Below, in pieces: positions 41,380 through 54,298 of a DNA stretch of 64,000 bases. Made by a program: the position numbers and the translations under genes. How positions within the stretch are numbered: position 1 is the stretch's first letter; each line of letters starts with the position of its first letter. The stretch comes from Trichosphaerium sp. ATCC 40318 (taxonomy: Eukaryota; Protista; Tubulinea), in contig JALMLS010000085.1 of NCBI GenBank assembly GCA_038496445.1, positions 172,150-236,149 of the forward strand, read 5' to 3'. Below the pieces are notes generated by a model, which was not told where the DNA came from, searched no databases, and saw only the letters and a program-made list of their open reading frames with translations.

Positions 41380-41832
41380 TGCACTTGTTGTTTTCACTCT
41401 AGCATGATGAATGACGCTGGCAGATAAAACAAAAGTGGATCAACAGAAAAGATATTCAAGTTAATTGGAACAGTCATGATTTTCTCAGTATAAGCTTTGG
41501 TGAACCTTTTCAATGGTATGGAACATATTTCTAAAATACGTGATTTTATAAGTATTTGACTGTTCATTGGAAAGTACAACTCTGGCATAAAAAAACAGTT
41601 TTTTGGATGCCAGAGCTTGTTCACCCAAAAAGTGTACAGTCAATTTATAAAATCACGTGTTGGTAGCCAATATGTCCCATTACCATTGAAACTCACCTTG
41701 CCGTGCTCTGATCCAACATGCACATACCATCTGAGAATATACTCTTTCCTTTAACTTGAATATCGCCTTCTGTAAATCCACCTTTGTTTTGTCTGCCATC
41801 GTAGTTTGATGGTGCTAGAAAAATTAAAGTGC

Positions 41833-41882
41833 AAAAAAATGATTAGCTTCTCGTTATTGCGTGTCATCCTTGCGCAGGGGCC

Positions 41883-41914
<32 letters not shown>

Positions 41915-41940
41915 ACATATGCCTTCCCCGAAGGGTCGGC
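41833..41940 (-). ncRNA. U6: U6 spliceosomal snRNA
   Basis: Reverse-complement copy with canonical GGAACGATACAGAGAAGATTAGC and an oligo-T end. Confidence 0.97.
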
Positions 41941-42208
41941 AATAGCAAACCACAATGTACAACTTTTAAACAAGTGAAACGACAGAAAAAAAAATGATGG
42001 TTTTGAAGAAACGGCAATGCCACAGCAAAGAAATTCTTCCACCGGTGCAAGTACGCCCTAATGTACGGCAGTACTTGCGTACACATGGCGACAACAAGCT
42101 ATACTTAGTGTGATTATTAATTAAGGCAGAAAGTTCGATCTTTTTCGAAAATAACCGTTTTTTGCTTAAGACGCGTAATAACGTGAAATATACATCTGAT
42201 TGTTGAGT

Positions 42209-43871
42209 ATGGGTAACAAGGAGAGCACACGTACTAAAGAGAGCGATACTATTAAGATTGATCCTGAAACATTACTATATCAGCTTCATTTACCACCAGA
42301 GGTTATTCAAAACAACCTAGTTATGTATTGTGGCGTATTGGAACTATGTAATTTACGCGTATCGTGTAAACAACTATATTGTGCTGTTACTGCCTCTTTC
42401 TGGTGGAAAGTATGGCTTTTTCGTTAACGTAAGAGTTTTTTAACCGTATAATGCTTCAGGACGCTGTTGGGCTTCCTACGACGCATGTTGCTGGTAATGG
42501 GATGGGTGACCTTGATGGGAATGTTGAAAGAGCCTCGTTTGGTGCAATAGATGATATGGCCATCGATTGTAACGGAAATGTACGTAATTCGCATTTCATG
42601 TTGGATGCAAAGTCGTAATCATCAAAATCGACAAACAAAAAATTTTCAACAAAAGTGTTGCTCACCTGTTGTTAATCACGTGATTAGGTTATACTCGTTG
42701 ATACTACACATAGGAAATTGAAGGTGCTTAGAATGTCATTCTGGAATACAACAATAAAAACATTACGTGGTTTTCCACGTTTTGGTGCGTTTCTCGTGTT
42801 ATGTTTTGTCTAAAGTTTTTTACCATTTTTTTGAAATTATTAATTTTTTATGCAAGTGTAAAAACTCCATGTTGTGTAATTATGCCTTAGGCTATCAGAA
42901 CACTGTTGTGGCAAAGTATATAGCTACACATCCCAGTACTCCAATGGTATACGTATCATGCTCAGGTGGTATATACATGTATAATAGTAAAAATGGAGAA
43001 ATTTTATTACTTGTTCAGCAAAGACAGCCCTCTAAAATACTTGTATCGCATGGTGGTATGTCTCTTTTATGTTTAGTCCAATTCACGTTTATAAATCGAT
43101 TTATATTATCTTCAAATGCGTTTTAAATTGTTCAATGGTTGAAACAAACCGCAACAAGTTATTAATACTTTTTACAAATGAAATCTAAAGTTGTTCTTAT
43201 TATTGTATAGGGAAGCATCTCATTTCATCTGATAAGGGAGCACAATTACACATCCGTGAAATAGGGAAAGTTTACTTGAATGGCCCGCCTGTTATAGCAC
43301 CAGTAGTAGAAATGAAAAGTGGAATTATGGCAATGTGCAGAGGGTAAAGACAATTCAAGAATATTCTTCAAAAACATTTTTATCACGTGCTGACTTGTAT
43401 TTATGTAGAATACACTATGGTGAATACATTTTCGCTTATCAATATGGTAAACGGGAGCATGGGTGGTACCACGTTGCTATTGTAAGAGTGTCTGGTTTAT
43501 TAAATAGCAATGGAGAAGATTGTATTGTTGAGGAGCTTGCAAGGATTAATCGTGTTAGTCTTGTAAGAAAAATTGCTGTAGATAGGATGGGAGTAATATA
43601 TGCAGCGACAGTCCGCGATGGTACGACCAAGCAAACCCAAGTGAAACTCAAATGTGTTCCCTTTTTCTTTTTTTTTCTTTTTGTTTTGTTTTGTACCTGT
43701 TTTCTTTTCCTCACCTTTACAGGTATATGGATGATTGATAATGGCAAAAGTTGTCAACTTACAAAGAATATAAGTATAACTCAATCATTGGTTATATGCG
43801 AAGACAAACTCTTTTTTTCAAACGGTAGCACGCAAGTTGGTAATATTTCCTCAATAAAGTTGTATGACTAG
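42209..43871 (+). CDS. F-box + NHL/beta-propeller-like protein, predicted N-myristoylated
   Basis: MGNKES start, HLPPEVIQ..LCNLRVSCKQ F-box, and HVAGNGMGDLDGNVERASFGAIDDMAIDCNGN NHL-like repeat. Confidence 0.7.
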
Positions 43872-44142
43872 TAATTATCTTGCCGTTAAAAGCCTACAAC
43901 AGTTTTTCTATTGCAAAGCATCAAGTCACAAGGTACCAGGTACCTTTAGAGAGATAGCAAACGATAACGGTGAGAAGAGTGCACGTTTCAAAAAACGCAA
44001 TTCAGTCATAGCAAATCCAACGATCCACGCACGTGATCGGTTGTGATTAAAAAAAGTAGCAACGCGTATAGTTATACGCTTGACTCTCGTTTAAATTATT
44101 GTTGGCGCGTTTGGTTTACGTTAGCAGGAAAGAAAGGAAGGA

Positions 44143-45014
44143 ATGTCATGGAGAGACCCGCCACCGCCTGGTTATGACTCCATAGACAATATACATGAAT
44201 TTCGGTTTTTCAGGTGCGTCAAACGGAGTGATGATTACACAGGATCGAAAAAAAACGTTGTTGGAACTCCCAACGCAACTCTTTGGTTAAGCACGTGCTA
44301 AAATCAAATTTTTTTTACAGTTTGGCAAAACTTCCTGTAGAAATACATCTACTTATCTGTGACGCCAATAAAGACGTGTATATCAAGTGGTGGGTACGAA
44401 ACAATACAATTCCGTAAAACTCAGCATATTTCGCTTTTATTTAGGCCTCTGTTGTGTAAATACTTTGCTGTTACATCAAGGTTTACTACATCGTTTAAGA
44501 AAAATGGACTATGGAGAAGTTGGTTCCCAGGTGGTTCTCAGAAGAAGATTGAATGTTTTTTCAGAAAAGGTAAAAAGAATGGTACATATAAGACGTGGTA
44601 TTTGAATGCACAGATAAAAGTACATTGCTCTTTTAAGAGAGGTATACAAGATGGAAAATATAGGAAATGGCATGAGAATGGACAAATTAATATTTCAGCT
44701 CATTATAAAGAAGGAAATAAGAAAGGTAGTTTTCATAGTTGGTGGAAGAGTGGTCTTGCTATGGTTTCATGTAACTTTAAAGATGGTGTTCTTGATGGTA
44801 AGGAATATCAATTTTTTTTCTGTCAACAAAAAAAATCACTGAATATTGTTCTCAAGGAAAATACAAACGTTGGTATCCAAATGGAAAGGTTGCTGAAGAA
44901 TGTCGTTATAAAGCAGGGAAGTTTGAAGGCGAATACAAAAGTTGGGATACATTGGGCGCTATAATGTCACAATGTAGATACTCTAAAGGCTATGAGATAG
45001 GCTCTATTCACTAA
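44143..45014 (+). CDS. F-box-like + MORN-variant repeat protein
   Basis: LAKLPVEIHLLIC..LLCKYF, followed by repeats such as KNGTYKTWYLNAQ, DGKYRKWHENGQ and GKYKRWYPNGK. Confidence 0.75.
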
Positions 45015-45264
45015 ACTAGTGGCGATTTTACAGTCATTTTCAATCGTATGTCTTGGAATCTTTGATAGAACGCAAAAGAAGTTGTAAAACTTCAATAGCT
45101 GAGTAAGGCAATAGACGTAAGCGCAGGATCTAAAAGAAACACAAGCCGTTAAGCCCACAATACGCGCAAAACAAAAAAGCCAAGGAATAAATTTATTTAT
45201 AAAAACGCTTTCTGTTGTACTAACACGTGACTACTCACGTGATATTAATAATTAAAATAGTGCT

Positions 45265-45830
45265 TTAGTGTTGTAAATAGTATCTCATTAGCAAAAAAAA
45301 AGACAACACCTTATTCTTCAGGGGGTAGTGCAGTACAAAGGCATTACTAACGTCTTTAGGAGAGGATAGCTTCTCTACTAGTTTCAAGAACGTTCCTCCC
45401 TCTATCTTGCCATCATCGCCATAAATAACCCCATTCTCAGGATGAGGTGGTGCAAAAATTTCTCTTCTTTTTGTTGGTAGCGTCAAGTTAGGAGACAGGG
45501 AGACCGAATGCTGTAAAACAAAGTCAGAGAAGTTCCTTAAAATTCGATTTGTATTACCAACAAAGCGACATCTTCCATGCTCTGCATAATCGAAGATGTA
45601 GGACAAAATGATATTAGTCTGTGATGTGTGGCTAGTGTTAAGAAGATTTGGTAGATACAAGCAAAAATAGATTATGACTCCAAGCTTACCAGTTCTTCAC
45701 CTAATTGGGACATTATCTTGTAAACTGTGTTCGCCATCTTCTCCTTCACAAGTCAATTTGATATCTCCTTGACTTGTTCATCATCAGGTCGGGTATTTCA
45801 GGTTCTGGTTGTTCAATATCAAAAACAGCT
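45265..45830 (-). pseudogene. RasGEF N-terminal (REM) fragment
   Basis: IYGDDGKIEGGTFLKLVEKL motif. The upstream exon has a stop and frameshift, and no CDC25 domain follows. Confidence 0.5.
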
Positions 45831-45947
45831 ACACGAAACTTTATACTTTAAGAGGTTCTTAGCAACATAGACCTTAGCTTCAAAAAGGAACAACAAACGA
45901 AAGAAGCTAATGTACATTTTTATTTACAAATAAAGGTCTCGTCGGTA

Positions 45948-47451
45948 TCACAAAAAGTCGAAGTTTTGTATGTGTACATTGTCAGTAAAATAAGCATTAT
46001 TGTTATCTCTGTCAGTCGATTCTTCGTTGAGAATAGTTTGTAGAAGATTGATGTCGACATTTTTTGCTTGAACTAATCTTAGAGCTCTAAGAACAACATT
46101 GGCCTCAGCATCTGACATCCCCTTAGACTTCAAGAATTCAGTTGATGGGCTTAAAGGAGTGCTTAAAGGATCTAGTTCATTTGTGAAGTTATCAAAAGGT
46201 TCTGGATTATAATTAGGGAGATCAAGCGGTTGTTGCCATCCGTGTAAAGGTAGTTTCATATCTGCCCATTCTATGTCAAATTGAGCCCTCCTTCTGAGAA
46301 AATCTGTATGTCTTCATGTCTTGGCTCGATATTGGTAGGTGAACCATAATATATAGGATCTGAGGTTACGTTTGGTTCTGTTTTTATGTCGCAAGAAGGA
46401 AGCTGTGGTATTTTAGGTGCAGCCGCCTAATTGTTTTTGTTAGATCGTAAACTTTTTATATCCTTTAATTACCTTCGTAGCTATAATGAATTCTTCTTCT
46501 TGGGGCCAATACACAACGTCTATACCATTTGTTACTCTCAAGAATAGTTTTAGTTTGGCATTGTAAGTGCTTGATCTTTTAATTTCTAAACATATGTAAG
46601 CGCTCTGGTTTTTTTCCATTTTTTCTAGAAATCAACTTGTTCAATACGTACTTGACACTGCACGTGGTACACTACACCTCACGTAAGTCCAAACATTGAT
46701 TGTATCTCCATTTTGATAGGCAAATGAAGCTACTTGGTCTAAGCTCGGTATATCTGTGCCATCACTGCCTTTGATCGGAGCAAACACGAGAGGATTTGTA
46801 GTCTCCCGGGCCAAGTTGGTAACCATTCGGATTGGGCTAACTGTACTTCCTGTGATGGTTGACCAATGGTGTGTGTTATTCTCAGGCTGTACTTTAGTGC
46901 TATACGGACCTTGTCTGGGTGTTAGATGATGAAAACAAATACAAGTTTTCGTACTGTGATCAATCACGTTTATGATTTGTTTTCTTGGTCTGTACACCTT
47001 ACCAGCAGGTTCGATAACGAGCCTACCTTGAAGAGGCCTCGACTTGATGATCGGTTGGTGGTCAAGAAGCTAAAGCGAAGTCAAACTTCCAAATCCGAAT
47101 TCGCAACAAATCAGAGTAAGTGGTCGTACTGTTTTAATTTCTGTATCTTCGCCTTGTGTTAGATTTGTGAAATCTGTGGCAACTGGCTGTCCGTTCAGGT
47201 ACAGCACTATTTTACTGCCTTGACACAATTTCCATCCATGTCCTATTTGGTATTGTCGTTCAATTGGATGTTTTGACGAAGTAGCCTCTAGAAAGGTTTA
47301 ATGGTTTGTAAACTTGTACGTTAGTACTACCTGAACTACGTTCTATGCGTGTAAAATGATTTGAGGTAGTTTTACGTCGTTTCGTAAAGCGACTGTTGTT
47401 ATCTGCTAAAAGATGTCTTTTCCTTGTATCCACGCTGCTGTTGTTGTACAT
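45948..47451 (-). CDS. Uncharacterised multi-exon protein, probably nuclear
   Basis: Bipartite NLS-like RKRH..KRRK in exon 1, a beta-rich central region and an acidic/Pro tail. Confidence 0.5.
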
Positions 47452-47734
47452 CTGGGGAGTAATAAAAATTTTGCAGACTCGTTCACCGCATCAGTTAGTC
47501 GACAAATGATCGACATTTTGTAGTGAACGGTAAATAGAGCACTTGACATTGGCGAATAAAACTGGAAGGTTAGAGGCGAAAATACCAACTAGTAATACTT
47601 TTATAAGCAAAACGATTTTGCATGGCAAATACGCCAAAAAAGGCTTAGTTAAGTACTGTGGTTTTAGATAAGTCATGCCGAGAAAAATTGAAATAAATTA
47701 TAGACAGGTTTATTTTCTTTTATAAATGGACATA

Positions 47735-50342
47735 CTACAGCGCGTCCAAGTTGAATTCTGTTAAATTAAAATTCTGAAAGGGTGTATCAAAGGGTACAAG
47801 CGTTGTATCTTGAAAAATATCGTCGAACGCTACAGGTGGTTGTGGGAGTATATTTATGTTGTGGTCGTAGTAATTTGGCATCACAAACGTTGGTTGCTCT
47901 GGAATACGTTGGTGATTAACTAATACAGGCGTTGGAGCTGTTTCTGGAGAAGGTGTATCAAAAACTTCAGAAACAGTTGATGGGCTCGTTGTTGTATTTG
48001 TTGCGGCTTTGGCTGGACTTGTCATACTTGGTTGAATTAGCACAGGTTAATGTTAACTGTAATTTAACGTACTACTCCTCTATGTTTACAGGTTGAGTGC
48101 GCTCAATCTCATCCATTGTTGCTTTGAAAGGGGTCAAGTCAAATCCATAGTCTTTTGCTTCGTCATACAGTGCCCTATTTTGGCGATTAGTACACGTGTT
48201 GTACTAGTGTTCCGTACTTCACGAGAATAGTAGAGTGTACCCAAGGATTAGCAAGAGCAATCAAGGTGCGAAAAGACTAAAAAAAGATCGGTCACATGAT
48301 ATTTAATAGATAAGTTGTTTTCCGTTCCCAAAAAAAAAAAAAAAAGTTGACTGAACATACTAAAACAGCATTAAACGTTATGGTTGTACCTCAATAAATA
48401 GCGATACATCTGCATTTCTGATGGCAACAAAGCAGCAGTTGTATGCAATAAAGTACGAGCCGGGGAAACAAGACATGTTCGAACACTGGGTATAGTTGTA
48501 CCAGGTACTTTGGGCGCACTATAGAGTTATTAGACTTGATTTTGTGTAGGACAGGTACCTCCAGTGCGACTTCCTTAAACGATCCCGCTAGATTTACGAT
48601 GGCTATCAAGGATGAAATGAGGATGCTAAAGAACTGTACGTTTAGAGGATTAAAACGAGCTAATTCTTTAACGAGAAAATCTTGGTCATCTGAAAGTTGG
48701 CTTATAAGCGCAGTATATTCAATAGTCGACTTGAGAACGGAAGAAAATAAGTAACTAGAAGGTCGAGAATAACGGAAATAAAGTATTATTTTTTTGATAA
48801 AAGATTGCGTACTAGTTTTAGAATATCCGCTTTATCTTCTCCCCAGTTATGAGTGAACCAAGGTAGCTTCGAAACACCGAACCAAACCTGAAATTCGAAT
48901 ATAAATAACGGGAAAAAAAACCGACAAAGAAGAAGTTTAAAATATTATCTCTTACGCTCATTAGAGAACCCCATATCCTTTGAGTAATCTCAGGTTCGCT
49001 GAGTTTATTATTACTACTTACAAATTGCTGAAGAACTCCTTGATTATTATCCACTATTTCCTCCCTGAAAACTTTATTAGTAAAGATTGTTTCGTACTAC
49101 TTTGGTTGGTTACCTCGTTGAATTTAATAGGTCTTGGTGATGTAACTTGAAGTTTGTCTTGAGGATATCAAGTTGCGCTATATGTTTTTTGTCGTTTTTT
49201 AGTACAGGATCTCTATCCAAGTGTTCTGTCATGGCTATACAAAGAAATTATAACGTGCTCCAAAAACTAATAACAAATGAAAATTTCATACCCCGAGCCA
49301 TTTGTAGAAAGAAATAACCTTCCGCTCCGTTATCTAATGTTGCTATATACAAACCTAATGTATAGGTACCAGCTAAACGAAAGAAAAAAAAAGTTAGGTC
49401 GGTTTGTCAACTGAACCCCACAAAAAGTACGTACTTGCTACCTTTAGGCTCTTTGTGTCTATTAGATTTCTTAAGATCGCTTTCCCCATGTTCACGTATT
49501 CAGCTGCATGTGTCTGGTATCCAGCTAACCTTGCACCCCACGCCATACAAGCCAAGTTTGATAACATACAAGGATCAACACGCCAACCTGTCGACGAATA
49601 TTAGTTCTCTTTTTAGTATATTGGGAACGTACTATTTCCCGTTCTAAACGCGTCTAGTAACGCTGACGCACTAACCGATCTCCTTGGACCTGCCTATACG
49701 GCCACAATTTAGTACACGGTCCCAAAAAAGTTCAAAGAAAAAAAAAAGAATAACGCACATGCCAAGGGTTCAAGCACTGCTCATATAGGTTTAGATATCC
49801 TGTAACATTAGAAACTAATCCTAAACGAGCCTCTACTGCCCAAGATCTTGCCTACGAGATGTCAAAAAGAGATATCACGTGAACACTTGGCAAAAAAAAT
49901 CCAAAAACAACAAAAAAACGTTCAGGAATTTTTTTGTTGGAGGTTTCATTTTATTTTTTTCTGTTATCGGAAATTTAGTTTAGGGTGTTGGTACCGGTGA
50001 TACTTTTGATTGATTGTATAACTTTTTAAGTCTAGCTACTTCTCGTTTTTGTTGTTCTAATTGTAATTTGACGTTTTCTAGCTCTCTCACCATCTTCCCC
50101 CTCTGTCCTTTAATTAAACGTGAGGAAACCGTTTTGATTACTATTGAGGTAAAATAGTTATATTCTAGTCTGGTACCTTGTACTGGACCTCGTTTACGAG
50201 GATTCGAGTAAGTACAATTTAAATGTTGCTTCTCGCAGCGCTCACAAGGGTTTTTTCCGTTACATCTTATGTGTCGGGCTCTGCATAGCTTGCACGCTCT
50301 TTTTACAGGTTCTTCCAACCGCTTTCTTTTGCGGCTACTCAT
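47735..50342 (-). CDS. Zn(II)2Cys6 (Gal4-type) transcription factor
   Basis: RACKLCRARHIRCNGKNPCERCEKQHLNCTYSNPRKRGP, then a coiled coil and an acidic C-terminus. Confidence 0.88.
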
Positions 50343-50966
50343 GGTCCACGTCAAAAAATGTATGTGGACATTTTTGGTAGAAAACTTAAAAGAAAGTCAA
50401 GCTGGGATTTTAAAATTACAAAAAAAATGTAATACAGCAAGTAACTGGTGTAGTATACACTCCATCTTGCGAGAGCAGACAGAAAAACCAAATCACAAGT
50501 CCGTTGCTATACAGTTCACAAAAGTGATTCTATGGCATTGCGTAGGTACTGAGCAAAAAAAAAAAATTCAAAACCGTTAATAACGTATGAAATAATCACG
50601 TGATTGACTGCTAAAAAAAAAAAAAAAGAACTGCACAAGTTTCGCGACGTACGAATAACCAAAATGATTCTAGACTTGATTTCTATAACCGGGCATACCC
50701 CAAACAAACCAAGTACGTTAGGATATCACTACCACAGTGCATACACGCCCAATGCGTTAACCGGATTAACTTCGCGCATTCTTAAACATCTCAACTCGTA
50801 AACTCGGCCAAGTTATAGATCCAGCTATCGACCACCAGTAACGATCAGATTATTATTTGATGAATGGTTTTCATGTATTCCTACAACTCTGAGCGCTAGT
50901 TCTATTTTTATTCCATTGAAGAGGTATGGTACATAAAATCTCGGTCTGTGGAGGCTATTTTTTTTG

Positions 50967-53900
50967 TCACAGTTCGTTGTAGAACACGTTCCACTTGAGC
51001 TGCAGCTGTTCATCCCACTCTTCAGGCAATAACCGTAAATATTTGGTAACAACAGGACTAAATCTATTGACAGTAGGTATATCGCCAAGTGATGTGCCAT
51101 TGAACGTGCCAATATTTTTCCATTCTTTACCGCTCTCTGATACTTGTATAGAATACTTCGATACGCACCCTTTTTTAGTACCGAAAGTCATTACAGCATA
51201 AGGTAGAACTTCTGTTTTAAACTCTACTTGAATCCAAGGTTCTTGATCTTTTTCAGATAGACCATGCCATCCTTTCTCTGTTGTGGACAGTGTAGAGTCT
51301 TTAATACGTTAGATGCACTTGATTTAAAAGCATTAACAGCTACTTACCATGTACTCCTTTTCCTGAAGACGCAGAGAAAGATGATTTTGGTAAAGTAGAC
51401 AAATCTCGTTCATCCGCTGCCTTTTCTTCCTGTATGTCATCCCCTGTAGTCTAGAAGAAAACTGTTAATACAGTCACAACCAATAATTTATACATACTGC
51501 CTTTATAACTTGACGTTGAAGCTTTTTGTTTTCGATCTTCAGAGCATCAACCATTTTTTGAAGACGCCTAACTTCATGATGCATTTCTAAAGATCTTTGA
51601 CCAAGAACCTGAGTGAAGCCATAGTTTCGGACAGGAATTCTAGTAACATTCATAGGAGGAGGTAGGGGTGGTGCCAGAGGTATAGAAGATTCATGATGAA
51701 GCTCCTAAAAGACATAAACAACAAGAAACAAAAATACGAATATCCGAGTTAGGAGGTTCGGAGAAACAAAAGCTCGGACGGAGTCTGAGCAAAAAGTCCG
51801 AGGAATGGTGAAATGTGTTCTTACCATTTGTGTTTCATGAGGAGTTTCGTAAAAACACCTTAAAATAAAGAGGATCAGTCATTTTTTCGGATTATTTGCA
51901 CGTGTACATTTTTGGGAAATGAACGCCCATCAAATGTATGCCGCTTTTTCCGTTCTTATTCATAGTTTCAAGTGATGCACCACTACGAAGTAGTACCCTA
52001 ACAATACCACTTCTTCTATGCCCAATAGCAACATGTAATGGTGTATCAATATTATTATTTTTTACTTCAATATCAGCACCTGTAAAAAAGTTAACAAAAA
52101 AACCAGAAAGAAAAAAAGAATCCACCTACGTACCTCTTGAAATAAGGTATTCTACGGCGTGTAGATTACCAGCAATTATAGCATAAAACAATGGTGTGTC
52201 TCCATAATTATTTACACATTCTACTTTGCCACCAGCGTCAATTAAAGCTTTTATAATCTCAATTTTTCCTCTAGACGCAGCAACATGTAATACGCTTTCA
52301 CCTTCTAAAATAAAATAGTTCATTTGTGATAAAACAAATCGCTCAACTTACCTTTGTTTGAGCACGTTTGTTCCACACCTGCCTTTAATAGAATCTTGAT
52401 AGATTCAACGTGATTTCCATACACTGCCCAATAAAGCGGCGATACGCCGCTTGCATCTAGCATGGAATAAGTATCGCTGGAGTTTTATTAAACCATTTCA
52501 ATACCTAGAGATTCTGGTTCATGACCGTTTGCCAATAGTATCTTCAATTGTTCTAGGTTGCCAAAAGCAGCATTATAATGCAAAGGCGTATGACCATCCC
52601 CATCTAAGGGTTCGTCGGAGAATACACCATTCAGAAAATCCTCCTATTAATTAGGTAAGTCTAATTTAAGATCAGAACAAAACGAACCAAATCTGTAGGG
52701 CACTGTGCTTGAGAATAGTACTCATCCTCGACTTGAAGACCTTGCATGGCCTGTGTGCTCTCTTGATAGAATGTGAATTGCATTTTTTCCTTGCTAGTCA
52801 TGCCAGAAGCTATACAACAGTTAAATAATAATCACTTATTGACCAATTACCTGATCGTACAATAACTGGTACAGCACCAGGTTCACACTCGGGTGTATTG
52901 CACACCAAATAAGTATCCTAAGTGGTTTAGCTTATATCGTTGTAAACAAAGAAAAGAATTAACGCACGTGTTGTGCTGAAGGTACTACAGCGTACGAACC
53001 AAAGAATATAATTGTAGGTCCTGAAAACCCAACTCCAACAAGAATAACTAGTTGAGGTTAGTGAGTGTTACTTGGACTACGAATATATTACCTTTAGTTG
53101 CAGTATATGCTGGTCCTGTACATGGGGACATATCAACTATATTTACATTTGAAAGTCTTGCTGTGGACTTTCGTTCTTACAAAAAAAATGAAATAAGCCA
53201 ACCGATGTTCACTAAATACAATAACATACTTATCTGTGATTGATGGGAGTATACATTGATAACGAACCCATGAGTCCAAATTGGCATAAGGAATACTTGG
53301 TTTTCATTTATCATAACCCAATGTTCTGTTTGAACATTAACTTTTTTGAACACCTAAACAAGAATGTAAAAAAAAAATTACCTGACATAACATTAGTGTA
53401 CCTGAAAATACAACATTCTTGCTGAGAAGTAACGGGAGCGCATCAACTTGTCTTGATCATTGACACGTTGGTACCCAGTTATACCTATAAGACAGTATCA
53501 GTAGCGTCATATAAGTTGTAAGCTTACCGAGTTGCAAATCAGAAAATTCCACGACACCATTGGTGTTAAATACTTTCCAAATGACGCCTTTCGCTTTTGG
53601 AGTGCGCAGGTAACGCTGTAACTCAGAAGAAGTGGATGTATTGCCGTTAAAAAGAGCACATGATATTAAATACTCCGTTGGTGCCGATTGAACGTTTAAC
53701 TTGCTTGGGTAAGATATTTTGACGATAGTTTAAACGGATTTATTTTGTAAACCGTTTCTACTCCTTGTAGGCAAGTACCTTGAACGCTGGCGCGGGAAAC
53801 AAGAACTGGGGCTTTCCTTTAGTAACGTTTGGTTCATTTCCGTTGAAATGACGTAAAGTATTTGTAGGTGGCTCTCTAATAATACTGACTGGCTCTAAAA

Positions 53901-53982
53901 GATGTTTTTAGCTGTTATTACATACAGACAGTCAATTACCTGTGATAGGGCTGTAATCTAATGGTTGAGTAGTTGATATCAT
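50967..53982 (-). CDS. Beta-rich N-domain + IPT/TIG + ankyrin repeats + coiled coil + F5/8 type C (discoidin) domain protein
   Basis: IVDMSPCTGP..IILVGVGFSG..FGS..LVCNTP (IPT). GESVLHVAA, GDTPLFYAI and DTPLHVAI (ANK). PWIQVEF..YSIQVSESGKEW..FSPVVTKYLRLLPEEW (F5/8C). Confidence 0.85.
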
Positions 53983-54298
53983 GATACACTGGGATTTGAC
54001 ACAACATTATTGCTTTGGTTTGGTGTTCTGTATTCAAAACAGTTTCTATTGGAGAATTTCGGTAAAATTTGCAATTTTTACCCCTAAGCACCTATTCAAT
54101 CTAAGAGGCTAAAAAATTCGATCACGTGTTATTTACGTGTGTCTCGTGCATAATGTAAACGCGTGAAATCCACAAATAAGATAGTTTTATAGAAAATAAT
54201 TACAAAACAGTATTTACTACAAAATGAAAAGCAGTGCCACGATGAACTACGGTCTAGTAGAGAAAACATAGCGCTGTCTTAGTGTTTAAGTGTTGATA

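Larger units (their letters stand above)
41140..42072. repeat. ~0.9 kb imperfect palindrome centred at ~41597 carrying two U6 genes
   Basis: 41176-41386 is the reverse complement of 41827-42037 with one mismatch seen. Inner arms are homologous but diverged. Central hairpin CTCTGGCAT-A7-CAG-T6-GG-ATGCCAGAG. Confidence 0.92.
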
